A DNA stretch of 64,000 nucleotides from Caecitellus pseudoparvulus. Its lineage: Eukaryota; Protista; Bigyra: Bicosoecida. The notes below the pieces were generated by a model. That model was not told where the DNA came from. It did no database searches and worked only from the letters and a program-made list of their open reading frames with translations. The position numbers and the translations under genes are program-made. The stretch covers positions 310,001 through 374,000 of the forward strand of contig CBFFRQ010000040.1 of the NCBI GenBank assembly GCA_965644315.1, written 5' to 3'. Positions 34,029-46,460 of this stretch are shown here, one piece after another; position 1 is the first letter of the stretch, and each line of letters opens with the position of its first letter.

Positions 34029-37000
34029 ATGCGCAGACGCATCTCACCACTGGCATTCGTCGCTACAATTTCCTGCTTGGGCTTTGTTTTTGCCTTGCCA
34101 GACCACCTGTGGGCCGCCCAGGAGCCTCTCGCACGGTTGTGGTCGCCGCGATCCCATCCCTTTGCCAGCGCAAGCAGGCAGGGAACTCCTCATCAAGGAA
34201 TCTGTGTGACGCTTGCACACCCCAAGCTGTGAAGTGTGCTGAGATTGACCCTCTTGTGCTGAGGACTGCGGGAGACGCTGCCTCTGTGTCTCCAGCTCGC
34301 TCGCGTAACCCTGCACTGTCAACTTGAGGTGCTGCGGGCAGCATGGCGTGCCGTCGCTTGCAAAGCCCAAGCGGGCCACCCCCTGCCCCCCAACGCACTC
34401 CTGGGCAAGTTATTGGGTGCAATGCTTTACACAAGCTTCGCTTGGCGCCCAAGTCAGGCCCCGCCGCCCTCGCGCTTTGGCTGCTGGTGCGTGCCGCCGC
34501 TGCGCACCTCGCAAGAGCACTGCACATCCACGCTTGCACACACGCTGCCCGCCGCTCCCACTCCCGATGCAGACCCTCACCGTGTTCGTGACATATGGTT
34601 TTTCTGAGTCTGATGATGGGACAGGCTCAAGCACAACTAGCAGCAGCAGCTCCTGGTCTCAATCGTGGGACGACTGGAGCTCGTACTCATACTCCTCATC
34701 CAGCTCGTATTGGTGGACCTCTTCCTACAGCGATGATGCACCCCCAGGTGACTTTACTTGCGAGCTTGGTTGGACATTCTCAGCAGAGCAGGGCATGTGC
34801 TACAAGTACTTCGGCAGTGCAGCGACAAGGCCGCAAGCGGAGGCAACTTGCAGCGACAGTGGCAACGGCTGGATTGCAACCTTAGCCGACTTCGAAGAGT
34901 CGATCGCAGTGAGGAGTGTCACGCAGGGTTACATGGGCGGACTGTGGTTGGGAATCACAGACACGGAGTCGGAGGGCGTGTTCAAGTGGGACGACTCCTC
35001 GCCAGTAAGGTACACGAACTGGACCACAGGCACCCTTCCCCCCGATGTTGGCGGCTTTGACTGCGCCCTTCTGCTCGGAAACCACACATGGGAGCTGGCG
35101 AGGTGCACAGGGGAGCAGCCCTTTGTCTGTGAGCGCTACCCTGTGTCGCAGATGGCGCCAACATCCGGTGACGGTTGGCTGTCTTTTGTTGGCCGGCCAC
35201 TGCCTTGGCACAGCGCAGAGCGGTACTGCGCTGCTCGAGGGGCCGCATTGTTTTCCCCCAAGAACGATGCAGAGGCAAGTGACGTCATTGACGCCCTCCG
35301 CGTACTCTACGGTTGGGACGACCTCTGGACTGGCGTGCAGCAAACCAACGACAGCTCAAACGTGACCGTGTACGTAGGTCTTGCAGGAGAAGCCATTGAC
35401 GAAGGGGCCCCTCTCAACTGGGCACCAGGGCACCCCTTGCCAGACCTTCCTCTGAACGAGTCGTGCTTCTCGTTCAACGGTTCGGCATCTTCCCTGGAGT
35501 GGCAAGCCAGGCCGTGCTGCGAACGGAAGCGTTTCGTTTGTCGGAGGGATCAGCGTGCATGCCCCCCTGGGTGGACTTCACATCCAGACATCAGCCACAA
35601 GTGCCTCAAACTGATCCCTGATGTCGGGAAAAGTAGCTTGGCTGCTTTTCGTGCCTGCTCCAGGCACCAGGCCCTTCCTGCGACTCTGGGAAGCAACGAA
35701 GACCGGATCACGCAGCTCTTCCTGCCGACAAGCAAGGCCTTTCGACAAGCGGTCTTCGTGGGACTGCTCGCAGAGCCAGCACCAGTGGGTGAAGACGAGC
35801 GAAGACTCGCATGGCTGGCCCCAGAACCGTCGCCAAATCCCCCTCCGAAGGCAAACTTGAAGTGGCGCGTGTCTGACTCGCCACCGCATGCTCCGCCTGG
35901 CTTTGAAGGGATCAACTTGAACAGTCCTGGCGCCGCCAACCTGTCGTACATTGATTCCATTGACCGCTCCCTTGCTGCGATCACGAGGCAGTTCGGCGTT
36001 CCAGGCTCCAACAACATCATCTTCGCGCCTCCAGTGCATCCCCGCCCCAAGGCAGTTCTGTGCGAGCGCCCAGGCCCAGAGGACTGGTGGAATACTTGCC
36101 CTGTTGGCTGGTATCCTGTGCACTACACGAAAGCTGGAGCCATATTTCAAGCCAAGCGCTGCTGGCTCGGGAGTGATGACATTCGCCCTGGCCTGAAGCT
36201 GAAGCAAGCCAACGCGAAAGAGCTTTGCCAGGCGCAGGGAGGGACCGGCCTCATGACTGGGGGAGCACGCGAGGAAGTCATCGCGCGAGGTCTGTTCAGC
36301 TCCTGGGCTGATGAGAATACCCCCATGCTTGAGAGTGCAATAATGACAGGGTTCAAGAAAGATATGGGAGTTGTTGAACCGCTGACCAAGCGCACGCTGG
36401 GCGGTTCTTTTAGCCCGTGCATGAATGAGTCTGTGGTGGTGCCTGACTGGCCGATTTCGCCTGACGAGAACGTGTATCCTGAAGACTGTGATACTCTCGG
36501 TTCAGAAGATGTGCTCGTGCTCAATGTGTCCAACCGCCATGGCCTGGGACACGGCACGCTTGTGGACTCTCGCCGCCCTCTCGCCTTCGTCTGCGAGATT
36601 CTTGTGCCAGACGCATGCGGGGACAACGCATTGCAAGCCTTTGATAACGGCATGCGCCGGTTGAACGGCGGTGTTCCAGCTAATCCAGGCGGCATCACGA
36701 CGCTGTTCTGGCGTGGAGCTTGCTATGCCGTGTCTGCCCCCTTGGCAACGGCCAGTAGTCCCCGAGATGTTTACGAAGGCTGCTTAGGCTTGGGTTCTGA
36801 ATACCTGCCGGCTTGTCCCCAGATGTATGGCTGGGCAGAGGCGCTTTCCGCTTTTGTGCGTTCTCAAGCATCCCCTGCAGCTTTGCTTGGCATCGCTCGC
36901 GGGCCGCTCGTTGTGACGACAAACGAGGACTACCTTTGTATGTCAGGCGGCAGTGTGGTCATGAGGCAGGGAGCTGCTCCGCTGGATCTCCCATCTCAGC

Positions 37001-40000
37001 ACGTGTACCCTGGATCCACTCCAACTGCAGTTCTGCTCGGAATCACGCCCGGATCTTTCTCTCAACACGCGTACAGTTCGTTAGGAGGCATTACATGGTC
37101 TAGTAAGGTGCTCTGTGCGGCCCCGGTGTGGCACGGTAACATCGCTGCTGAGGACTTGAGTGATACGCAGTCTTGTGATGAAAAGCTTGGCGGAGGGATT
37201 CATGCCGACGTTCACGGTGGCCACTGCATTGGGGTCGTCAGCTACGGCTCCTCGAGCATTGAGTCCTTTGCAGAGGCAGAAGTAATGTGTCGCATTGAAT
37301 CTGAAGATCCTACCTTTGCCCTTGCCTCCATGGACACGATGGCTGCCCATTACTGGCTGGAGCAAGCAGACATTGAGCAGACATCTAAGGACCCTTCCTT
37401 CCCCACACCAACACCGGTCGCCCCTGCAGTGTGGATCGGGGCACACAATCACCATCGACTCCCTGTGGAGCCAGACGACATCCACACGAACAACAGAGCC
37501 GCCGTCGGCTTCAGTGACGGCAGTCGCATCTCCTCTGGACTGAGCCGATGGGTGTATGACTCGACTGCCTCAGAGTACTTACCGACCGAAGACATTGATA
37601 TCATGGCGCCCATCATGTCTGTTCTGTATGCAACACCGTCCAGCAAGCCCCTCACCTCCAATGCCCCCAACAGCCAGGGAGGGTGGATGGATGCACATGC
37701 GCTCGACTACACCGCTACTGCCCATCACGATGCAGACGCTGTGCGGCCGCTGTGCAAGGCACCTGTGGCCCCTCGATGTCTGAAAGACCATGCGTTTATC
37801 ATGGGAAAGTGCATTTTCATCAAGGTTGGCCCATACACGCAAACAGCAGCCCGGGCTGCGTGCACAGCCTCGGTCCCAGGCTCGCGCCTGGTCACAGTCC
37901 CCACGAGGCTCCATGATGAAGCCTTCAAAAAAGATGCCTTGGCGGACCGAGGCTTCATCAAACTCATCGTCGAAGCAGACGAAATCGATTCGTTCTGGCT
38001 CGGCTTGCAGCGCATGAACGAGTCCTATGCTGCGCCGCTTGAGGAGCCGCAGACCAAGTTCAAGCGTGGAGTCTGGGGGGATACGTACACCTCTCTGCCA
38101 TGGCTGGAATGGTTTCGATCCCCTGTCAATGCCCAAGCCCAGGCAGGTGAGAATTTGTACCACTGGGACGTGCACAGCCCTCGCGCAAAGTGGGACAGTC
38201 GTCTGTCCGTTGACTTGGGCGCGCCGAACCACGGCATCACGAACTTCTTTCACAATGGCGGCACTGAAATTGACAGGTCACAGTGTGTCTCGTCATTTGA
38301 CTGTGACTGTGTGCGCATATCTTCATCGTGGGGCGACCCCATCGCCAAACCATGCGATGAAGAAGAAACGCAAGCAGCGGCCCTCTGCGAGTACCCGCCG
38401 TTGGCAAGCTGGGGCGGAGACGGGCAGGCACTGCCAGAAGGAGCAACCTTGCCGCTCCTGCAACCTCGGTCCCCAAAGCCCCCACAAACTCCGCCACGAC
38501 CCTCTCCGCGTTTTTGCGCTGAACTGCCCTCCCCTTCACCTTGGACAACTGCCACGCCGAGTCTTACGCCAACTGCGTCGCGCTCGCCTTCGATAACCCC
38601 CTGTCCGTCTCCCACGCCGAGCGTGTCGCCATCAGAGTCGACCACCGTGTCTGCGTCCTTGTCTGTCTCCCCGACCACAACAACGACACTGACCCCCTGT
38701 CCGTCCCCGACACCGAGCGTGTCGCCATCAGAGTCGACCACCGTGTCTGCGTCCTTGTCTGTCTCCCCATCAGCAACAACGACACTGACCCCCTGTCCGT
38801 CCCCGACACCGAGCGTGTCGCCATCAGAGTCGACCACCGTGTCTGCGTCCTTGTCTGTCTCCCCATCAGCAACAACGACACTGACACCCAGTTCGTCCCG
38901 TACGGCGACTGCCTCCATGACTGTGACTTCAACACCGTCCAGCACTGGCAGCTCAACAGGAACCTCAACCCCACAGTCTTCACCTTCCCAGACGGCTTCT
39001 CCGTCTGGCAGCGGAACTGCTACTGTTTCACCTGGCTCCTCGCCGACAGAAACGCCACAGAGTACGCCTTCTTCTCATTCAACGTACAGTCCATCCAGCA
39101 CGCTGTCCAGCAGTCCGACCTCCTCTCCAACTGCATCCGCCAGCCAGTCGAGGTCTCCTACCTCCACCATTTCCGCATTGAGTACACCAACCAGCTCAGG
39201 AACACCGAGCAGCTCAGGTACACCAACTGGCTCACTCACACCAGCGTCCACAGCTGCTCAGACGCCAGAAGCGACCCTGACACCCAGCCGAACTCCCTCA
39301 GAATCACCGGATGCATCAAGTTCCGTGGCGACCCAGACCCCCGGCCAGGCGGGACCTCCAAGCCCCACGATCACTGTCTCGGCTTCTCTGGGGCCGACCG
39401 CGTCGTCAACCTTGGGTCCTCCCCCCTCTCCATCAAGCTCGCTTTCGCCAGGAGCATCGCCCACGCCTTCAGGGTCAGCCAGTTCCAGCTCAACACCTCT
39501 TGCGTCGGGGCCTGAGACAGCAACACCTACGGCAAGCTTCGCCACTCAGACTCCCTCTGCCAGTGGCTCCCCGTCGCGCAGCCCAGGCGGGACCCCCACC
39601 ATGTCGGGTGATCCGTCACCCTCAGGAACTTCATCCCAGAAACCCACACCCACAGCTGCGTCGACCAAGGCACCCACTGTTTCAGCGACTCCAACCATGA
39701 CCCCCACACTCACAGCTAGCCCGACGCTTTCACCCAGCGCCACAGCCTCCCCAGCGGCGAACGCTGTGCGTGTGAGTTTGTCCACCGGCATTCAGCACGT
39801 GAGCCTGATTCCGGGCGCCACAAGCAGTGGGGCTGCTGGGGTGGACGGCCGAGTGGGGCCCGCAGACCACGTCTTGAGCAGCATGCTGGAAGTGCAGCAA
39901 CCACGCTTTGTCACGAGACGCAGTCCGTTGGTGCTGAGTCACCTGACCACCCCAGAGGGCTTGCAGGTGCTGCTACGGGTGCCTGCCGAACCAGGTCCGA

Positions 40001-43000
40001 ACGAGGTGGTGACCATTCAGTGCGCTGCAGTGAACAGCACAGTGGGCGTGCAGCCCCCTCGCTGGCGCATGGCCACAACAAGTTTCGCACCCCTGGCAGG
40101 GGCTGGCGTCATTCCGTACGAAGCGCAGGTCGCTCTTGTACTGACTCCTAAAGTCCCTATTGCCTCAGGAGAGCAGGCTCCCTCCCCGCATTGGGAAACT
40201 GTGGACGTGGTGCGTTGCACGGTTGAGAGCCAGCTGGTCACTGCGCCAGCTGGGCAGGCACTGTCCACACTGCAAGTGTACGCGGGGTCACCCCCTGTCA
40301 GCATCCACGTGACACAGCCACCCGTTGTTTGGCCGTTCATCGGCGATGTGGTGACGCACTTGGCGGGCGAATTGACATCCTCCTGGACCTCCCAAGTGCC
40401 GCTGCTGCAGCACCCTGGCTGGCTTTCCAGCCCAGCTGGACTGGCGGACGCAGAGTACGCACAGGTGCTGCATGCGGCACGGCCGCCGCCGAGAGTACCC
40501 ATGGCTCAGGGGCCAGGGTCGCTGTTCCTCGCACAGGCACGGCCCGGCGCGGACTTGTACCTGTCCGTGACCCTGGCTGGAGGTATGAACATCACACTTG
40601 TTGCTGATGGCACCCAACGTGTGCGCATTGCGCCTGCACCTGGTGTCGAGGATGTGCGAGAGCACAACGGTGCCACCGCAGCCCATGCAAGTGCCTTCGC
40701 TTTCATGCCTGGTAGCCAGGTGTGGCTGGGCCAGCTGAAGCTGCACGTCAACCGTGTGTCTTCTGACGGGCTCATGCTGGACGTAGCGCTGCCCCCATAC
40801 GCCCAGCTGTGTCCCCCAGATGCACCCTGCACCGGGCCCTCCGCATACAAGACTCTGTGGGTGTCCAATCCTCCCAGGGTACCGCAATCCTGGGTTGCGA
40901 CGGTGCGTGATGCGTGGGCTGGTGCGGGGTCAGCTTGGGTTACACCCCACTCCCACCCCGCTGCCTTTGCCAATGGTCAAGCAGCGTGGGACGCCCCCAC
41001 TGCAGTGACATTGGGCCACCAGGAAGACATACTTGGAGGTGCCATGGCGTGCCCTCTAGCATGCCCTGGAGCAGGAAGCAGCACCGATCCTACTAGCCCT
41101 GCCACCGCGCGCAGACTGCAGTCTGCTGAGGCTGCCAGCACAGGGTACGGCATTTACGTCACCGATGCGTGTTTGGGGTACCTGCCGCCCGGACCCGCCT
41201 GTCGCGACCCGGCCATCTCTCCCGCTCGCTGTGCTTTCGGCGCGGGGGATGAGTGTGTGCCGTGTGGAGAGGGTGCCGTGTGCCCGGGCGGCTACAGACG
41301 CTGGCCCATTGCAGGGTACTGGACGGATTCTGAACGGTCAGGAGCTGGTGTCGTCAAGTGCGCGGCACCTGCGCAGCTGCGTTGCCAAGGCTGGGACGTC
41401 GTGCAGCGCAAGTCGCTGTGTGGCGAGGGGTACACTGGCGTCCGGTGCGGCTCATGTGCCGACTCCTTCTACCGGGTTGACTCAGGGGAGTGTCTGCGAT
41501 GTCCAGAGACAGGCCACAACAAGCTGCTGGATGCGATAGTTCCGCTCCTGGTCTTCCTCGGCGTCTTTTGCGGCGTCGTAGGTGTCATGACGGCGGCAGT
41601 GCTTCTGGCCGTGTATTGGCGAGGTGGGTCGCTGAAGGGTGGCCTGTGGCGCACCCTGGACTTCATGGCGTGGGCCATCGCCTTGCTGCAGGTGCTGGCA
41701 CAGGTGGGCAGGTCGGCAGCCCCTGGCTTGCCGGGCTTCCTGGCGGACTTCTACGCCAACCTGAATGTCATGCAGCTGGACACGGGTGGTCTGGTCCCTC
41801 CCGAGTGCATTCAGCGCAGCTCTGTGCTGAGCGGCGATGTGCTGCTCATGTGTGCTGCCTTGGCCGGCATGTTGTTCTCCGTGGTGCTGTCAGCTGCCAA
41901 AGTGGCCAAGACGCAGAAGTTGGCCAGCTCGCAACCCCCGACGCAGGCTTCCTGCTGCTCGTCGTGCATGGGGGTGTGGGCCAGCATCAAACCCAGCCTG
42001 CGGCACGGCGTGTTGCTGCTCCTCACAGTGCTGTACGCCCTGGTGTGCAACACTGTCTTCCGGCAACTGCACTGCCTGCCCACGGAGGTCAGCGACGAAG
42101 CTGGTGGCAGTGGCGATGTTCTGACTTCGCGCACAGCATACCTGCTTTTCTCAGACCCAGGCACCGAGTGCTTCGTGTCGTCAAATCACGTCGTCTCCGG
42201 GTCATTGGCCGTCGTGACACTGGTGCTGTTCGTCATCGGCTACCCACTGTGGTCCTTCCTATGGGTTCGCCGGCGCATTCACTCCGTCATGAAACGCTCC
42301 AAGGCCAGCGCGGAGTACCTGCGCTTGTGTCGCACGCTGGCTCGGCAGCGTCGCATCAAGGCGTCAGTGGCCGGCAAGCGTGGCCTGCGCGTTTTGAAGT
42401 CCATGAAGGACCTGGACAAGGATGAGGTTGAACACGTCATCGCCAGCGTGACCGGCGATGTGGCCGCGCCGACTGCCTCGGGCGACCACTACGCCAGCGC
42501 CTCTGCAGCGCAGTACAAACAAGCAATTGCAGGTCAGTCGTTCGCAGGCATGGAAGCCGTGCGTGCTCGCACCAAGCTGGCGCGCGACAATGCCAAGGCT
42601 GCTCAACTACGGGAAGACGGCGAAACACCCTCCACGAAAGCCTCGCCCTCCAAGCCGCTGCTAGTGCCTGCCAAAGGGGCCCTGCTGCCAGCTGAGGGGA
42701 GCACATCCTCTCACCCAGCACGACCCAGCTCCAAGGCGCTGTTGAACCCGATGTTCCGCAAGAAGGCTGCCGATGGAGGCGCCATGCAGCCAGTGCTGCG
42801 CCCAGCGCCACAGGCGCCCCCTCCCACCCCCCGCCGCAGCAACGGCGCCGCGTGTGTGTACTACCTGGCCTGTGGTTGCTGCTGCGGCCCAGCCCTGGCT
42901 GCCAAGGCGGGCTTCCTCTCTCGCAAGGCGAGCAAGCTGCGCCTGGCGTGGTCCACTCGCCACCAGCGGGGCTCGCCCGCCGAACGGTACCTGGCGCAGA

Positions 43001-43986
43001 CTCTAGAGCGGTCGCCAGAGCTGATCAACACCATGGGCCTGTCGCACTTCACAAACGCAGACTACCGCGTGACGCACTGGTACTTCCGCCACCTGGAGTT
43101 TGCTGTCATGGTGGTGCTGGCGTGTGCCTTTGTCTTCTTGCCCGGCAACGGAGCGGGGGAGGCTGGTGGGCGCCTGGCCCTCACCCTCATCGCACTGTTG
43201 GCGCAAACGGCAGCCCTGATCTGGGCGCGGCCGTTCCGGGCAGAGGGGCAGTGGAAGCAACTGGTGAAGGTGTACTCCCTACTTCTGGCGTGTCTGTCGG
43301 CCCTGCTGAACTACGCCATGTACCAGGAGCTGGAAACGGGCCAGGCGCCGCTGGGGCCGGGAGGGGCCGCCAACCTGGCCTTCCTCGTCTTTGCTCTGTC
43401 CATGGGCCTGCTGCTGACGCTGCTGGTGTCGTTCTGGTACATGCTGCTGCAAGGCGCGGGGCAAGAAGCGCGAGCCATGCGGCTGCAGCAGGCTCTGCGC
43501 CGCAAGGGCGTGCAGGACATCCCTACTGCGGCGCAAATCACGTACGCGACGGGGAACCCCCTCGCTGCGGCTGTGGGAGAGGGCACAGACACACCTGTGC
43601 GCCAGGACCTCAGCATGCGCTCTGGAGGGGGGCAGCCCGTGGCCAGCCGCACCTCCCAACGAGGCCTGGACGGCATCCACGCTGGGCGGGGGCTGCACAA
43701 GGACGGGCGCAAGTCCTTCGCCCGAGTGCGTCTGGCAGTGCGTGGCACAGGCGTGGGTGCTGAGAAGCAGGAAGGCTCCAAGCCTGCCACCCAAGAGGCC
43801 TCTCGCAAGGCCTCGGTTTCTGGCACACCAGGCTCCACGCGCCAGCTGCAGAGCGCCCTGGAGGTGTATGCCGCCCAGGCCCTTGCGTCACGAGGCCGGC
43901 GGTCTGCGTCAGTGACGAGCAGGAAGCCTGGGCCGTCGCCCACGAACCGGACCAAGCGCAGAGCTGCCAGCCGAGGCATTCTGTAA
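34029..43986 (+). CDS. giant cell-surface receptor: ~7 C-type-lectin-like domains, Ser/Thr/Pro stalk, Cys-rich region, multi-TM C-terminus
   Basis: Signal-peptide-like exon from ATG 34029; main exon from 34573; CTLD motifs (CYKYF, WLGITD, FVCE); Cys-rich CPGG..GYW..CGEGYTGVRCGSCADSFY; multiple TM helices after ~41530. Confidence 0.8.
38596..38883 (+). repeat. coding 96-nt tandem repeat x3 (TPCPSPTPSVSPSESTTVSASLSVSP(T/S)(T/A)TTTL)
   Basis: Units start at 38596, 38692 and 38788 and are near identical. Confidence 0.93.
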
Positions 43987-44296
43987 GCACTTGGGCCGCT
44001 GTGTGCAACATGTGTCTTCGTGAAAGAAGCTCCGATTGTGAATGCATCGCTGTTTTGCTGAGGAGTGTCGGAGACTGCCAGCCGCGACACAGCCGCGCAC
44101 GCACTGCCACAATCAATCGAACGCATGTACACTCACGTTAAACACCAGCCTGTGCAAGCTGTCTTGAGTCCACCACCCCGAACACTCCCCCACGAAGTCT
44201 CGAAACCGCAGAGACTGCACGCCAGCCTGCGGCGTGTCACCGTGACGTCACGTCGGCTGGCGGGCTCGCCTCACGAGGTCGCACGTGTCACACATC

Positions 44297-45033
44297 ATGG
44301 TGGAGCTCAGCGTGAGCTACTATGTGGCAATTGCGTCTGTTCTGCTGCTGTATGTTTTCTGGATGGCCGCGCTCTCTGTGATGCGGGTGGAGCAGGTTGC
44401 GACTGAGCACACAGGAGAAGGTGCGGAACTTGGCACCGCAGCTCCCGCAAACTGTGCCGCCCTGCTTCTGTGCCGGGAAGACCCTGACCAGCAGTGCAGA
44501 CGAATGGGAAGCTGCATGGTATGCACGTCCTTCCTTCGCAGCAGCTTACAACAACAAAGAACCATGGAAGAGCAAGGAGAGGCTTGTGCGTGCAGCGAGC
44601 TCGGGGGCACTGGTCTTGCCTCGACCGCCGCTGCACACCCATGCGCCACTCCTTCCCCCCTTGGTCAGACTGGGCGCGGAGCGCGGGCGAAAGCGGCCAT
44701 GAACAACCATGCAGAGCAGTTTCAATTCTTCGCAGTGGGCGTGCTGCTCAACATGGTCGTGCGGGGTCCGGGCGGCGACAGCGTTGCGGTGCGTCGAGTG
44801 GTGGGCGTCAATCCCCAGCCACATGTGCTCCATGCCAGGAAGCACGCGCCACGTGCCGCCTCCCCGCTCCCCTCCCACAGCTGGCAGTCATCGCAGGAGT
44901 CCATGCACTGGCCCGTATGATGCACCTCATCTGCTACATTGAGGACATTGACTGGTGGCGCAGCAGCGCCTTCACTCTGGGCTGGCTGGCGAACCTGGTG
45001 CTGTACGGCATCGCCTTCGCGCCGGACATCTGA
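44297..45033 (+). CDS. MAPEG family membrane protein
   Basis: Exons 44297-44420, 44500-44585, 44669-44788, 44881-45033; YNNKEP, RAKAAMNNHAEQF, ARMMHLICYI...WRSSAF. Confidence 0.8.
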
Positions 45034-45148
45034 GCCCCACTAAGTCCAAGCCAAGAGGTGTAGAATGCAGCCCCACAGTGTTCGAGACACCAGCCGTGCA
45101 TTGACTCGGCAGCCGCAGCCGGCCCACCTCTACTGCAACACCGCCTCA

Positions 45149-45986
45149 TTAGATGATGCCGATGTTGTGTGCCACGTCCAGGGCATCGTGGTCCTGGGTC
45201 AGGCGCACGTAGGCCTTCTTCTGGCCGTCAGGGCGGATGAGGGTGTTCACCTTCTGGCAGTCGATCTTGTACATGGCGTTGACGGCCTTCTTGATCTGCT
45301 GCTTGTTGGCGCGCACGTCCACGATGAACACAAGGGTGTTGTTGTCCTCGATCTTCTTCATCGCGCTCTCGGTGGTCAGGGGGAACTTGATGATCTTGTA
45401 CTGGTCGAAGGTGGGCAGCTTGCCGTAGGTGTCCATGGCGGCGGCCTTCTTGGCGTACTGAGGCTGCTTGGGGCGGCTCAGGGTCTTGGGGCGGGAAAAC
45501 TTGGTCGTGGTGCGAACGCGCACGGCCTTGTTGTGGGACCCCATCAGCACCTTCTTGCGCGTGCCCGCGGCGGTGGTGATCTCCTGCACAAGGGCGCACG
45601 GACGAGGAATGCAGCAGCGCCAGCAAGCGGAGGCGACACGAGGAGCCACCTCGCAGCAGCCACATCCAAAGCGGAGCTGCTTGACAAAGAACCGAGGGCA
45701 GTGCCCTGAAGCTGCAGGTGGCGCACAAGCGACTGCAGCACCGGGGGGCAGGCAGCAAACACACTGCCCTGCTGGGGAGGTCAATTTCCGCAACCACACC
45801 AGCGCCTCCATCGCTGCACTTCGAACACGGGACACGCAGGCCCATGCAGCACGGCACCAGGCCAGCATTGACCCCAAAGACAATGCTTGCCATGATGCCA
45901 ACGGAAACATCGGCGTCTCAGCAGCACCCCGATACGTCAATCGGCCTTTCTCAGCAGCGGCACGCAGAACTTACCTTGCGCACCAT
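45149..45986 (-). CDS. RPL23A: 60S ribosomal protein uL23 (L23a/L25)
   Basis: Exon MVRK 45986-45975, intron 45974-45584; [40 protein letters not shown]. Confidence 0.97.
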
Positions 45987-46460
45987 ACTGCTAGGTTTGG
46001 TTGTGAGGCTGCAATTCACACACAAAGGCGTGCTGCAAGCACACAGAAGACATGTGGAGGTGTGGTGATGTGTGTCTCTTGAACAGTGACGCTGAGACGG
46101 CAGTGATCACTTGCGTGAGGGTAACTTTCGCGTCACGCGAATGATGCAATCTCGAGTCTGTTCAAGGCGATTTCCGCAGACAACCCGCCTTTTCCCGTGC
46201 GACAGACCCCCCAGCGAGATGTGGCAGGCCAGGCACCGTGCTGCGCCGACACTACTTTTCGTGAAAGCGACACACCACCCCACCGTGTCCCTAACCCATT
46301 GCACCCGGCCAAGGCAGCTGTGCTTTCTGAGCTACAGCCGCGCGTGCGGGATTGTTGGCTCGGGCTGCAGGCCAGCCCAACCCGCTGTTCTCCAAGACCA
46401 GCGCTGCCTGTGCCTTTGTGCGGCATAGTGTGTGATCTAGACGCTTAGTAGAGCTTCACC

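Noticed and set aside
45584-45974. snoRNA in the 391-nt RPL23A intron
   Set aside because: Several hairpins, but no convincing C/D or H/ACA box arrangement or rRNA guide was found by eye; an Infernal scan is still worthwhile.
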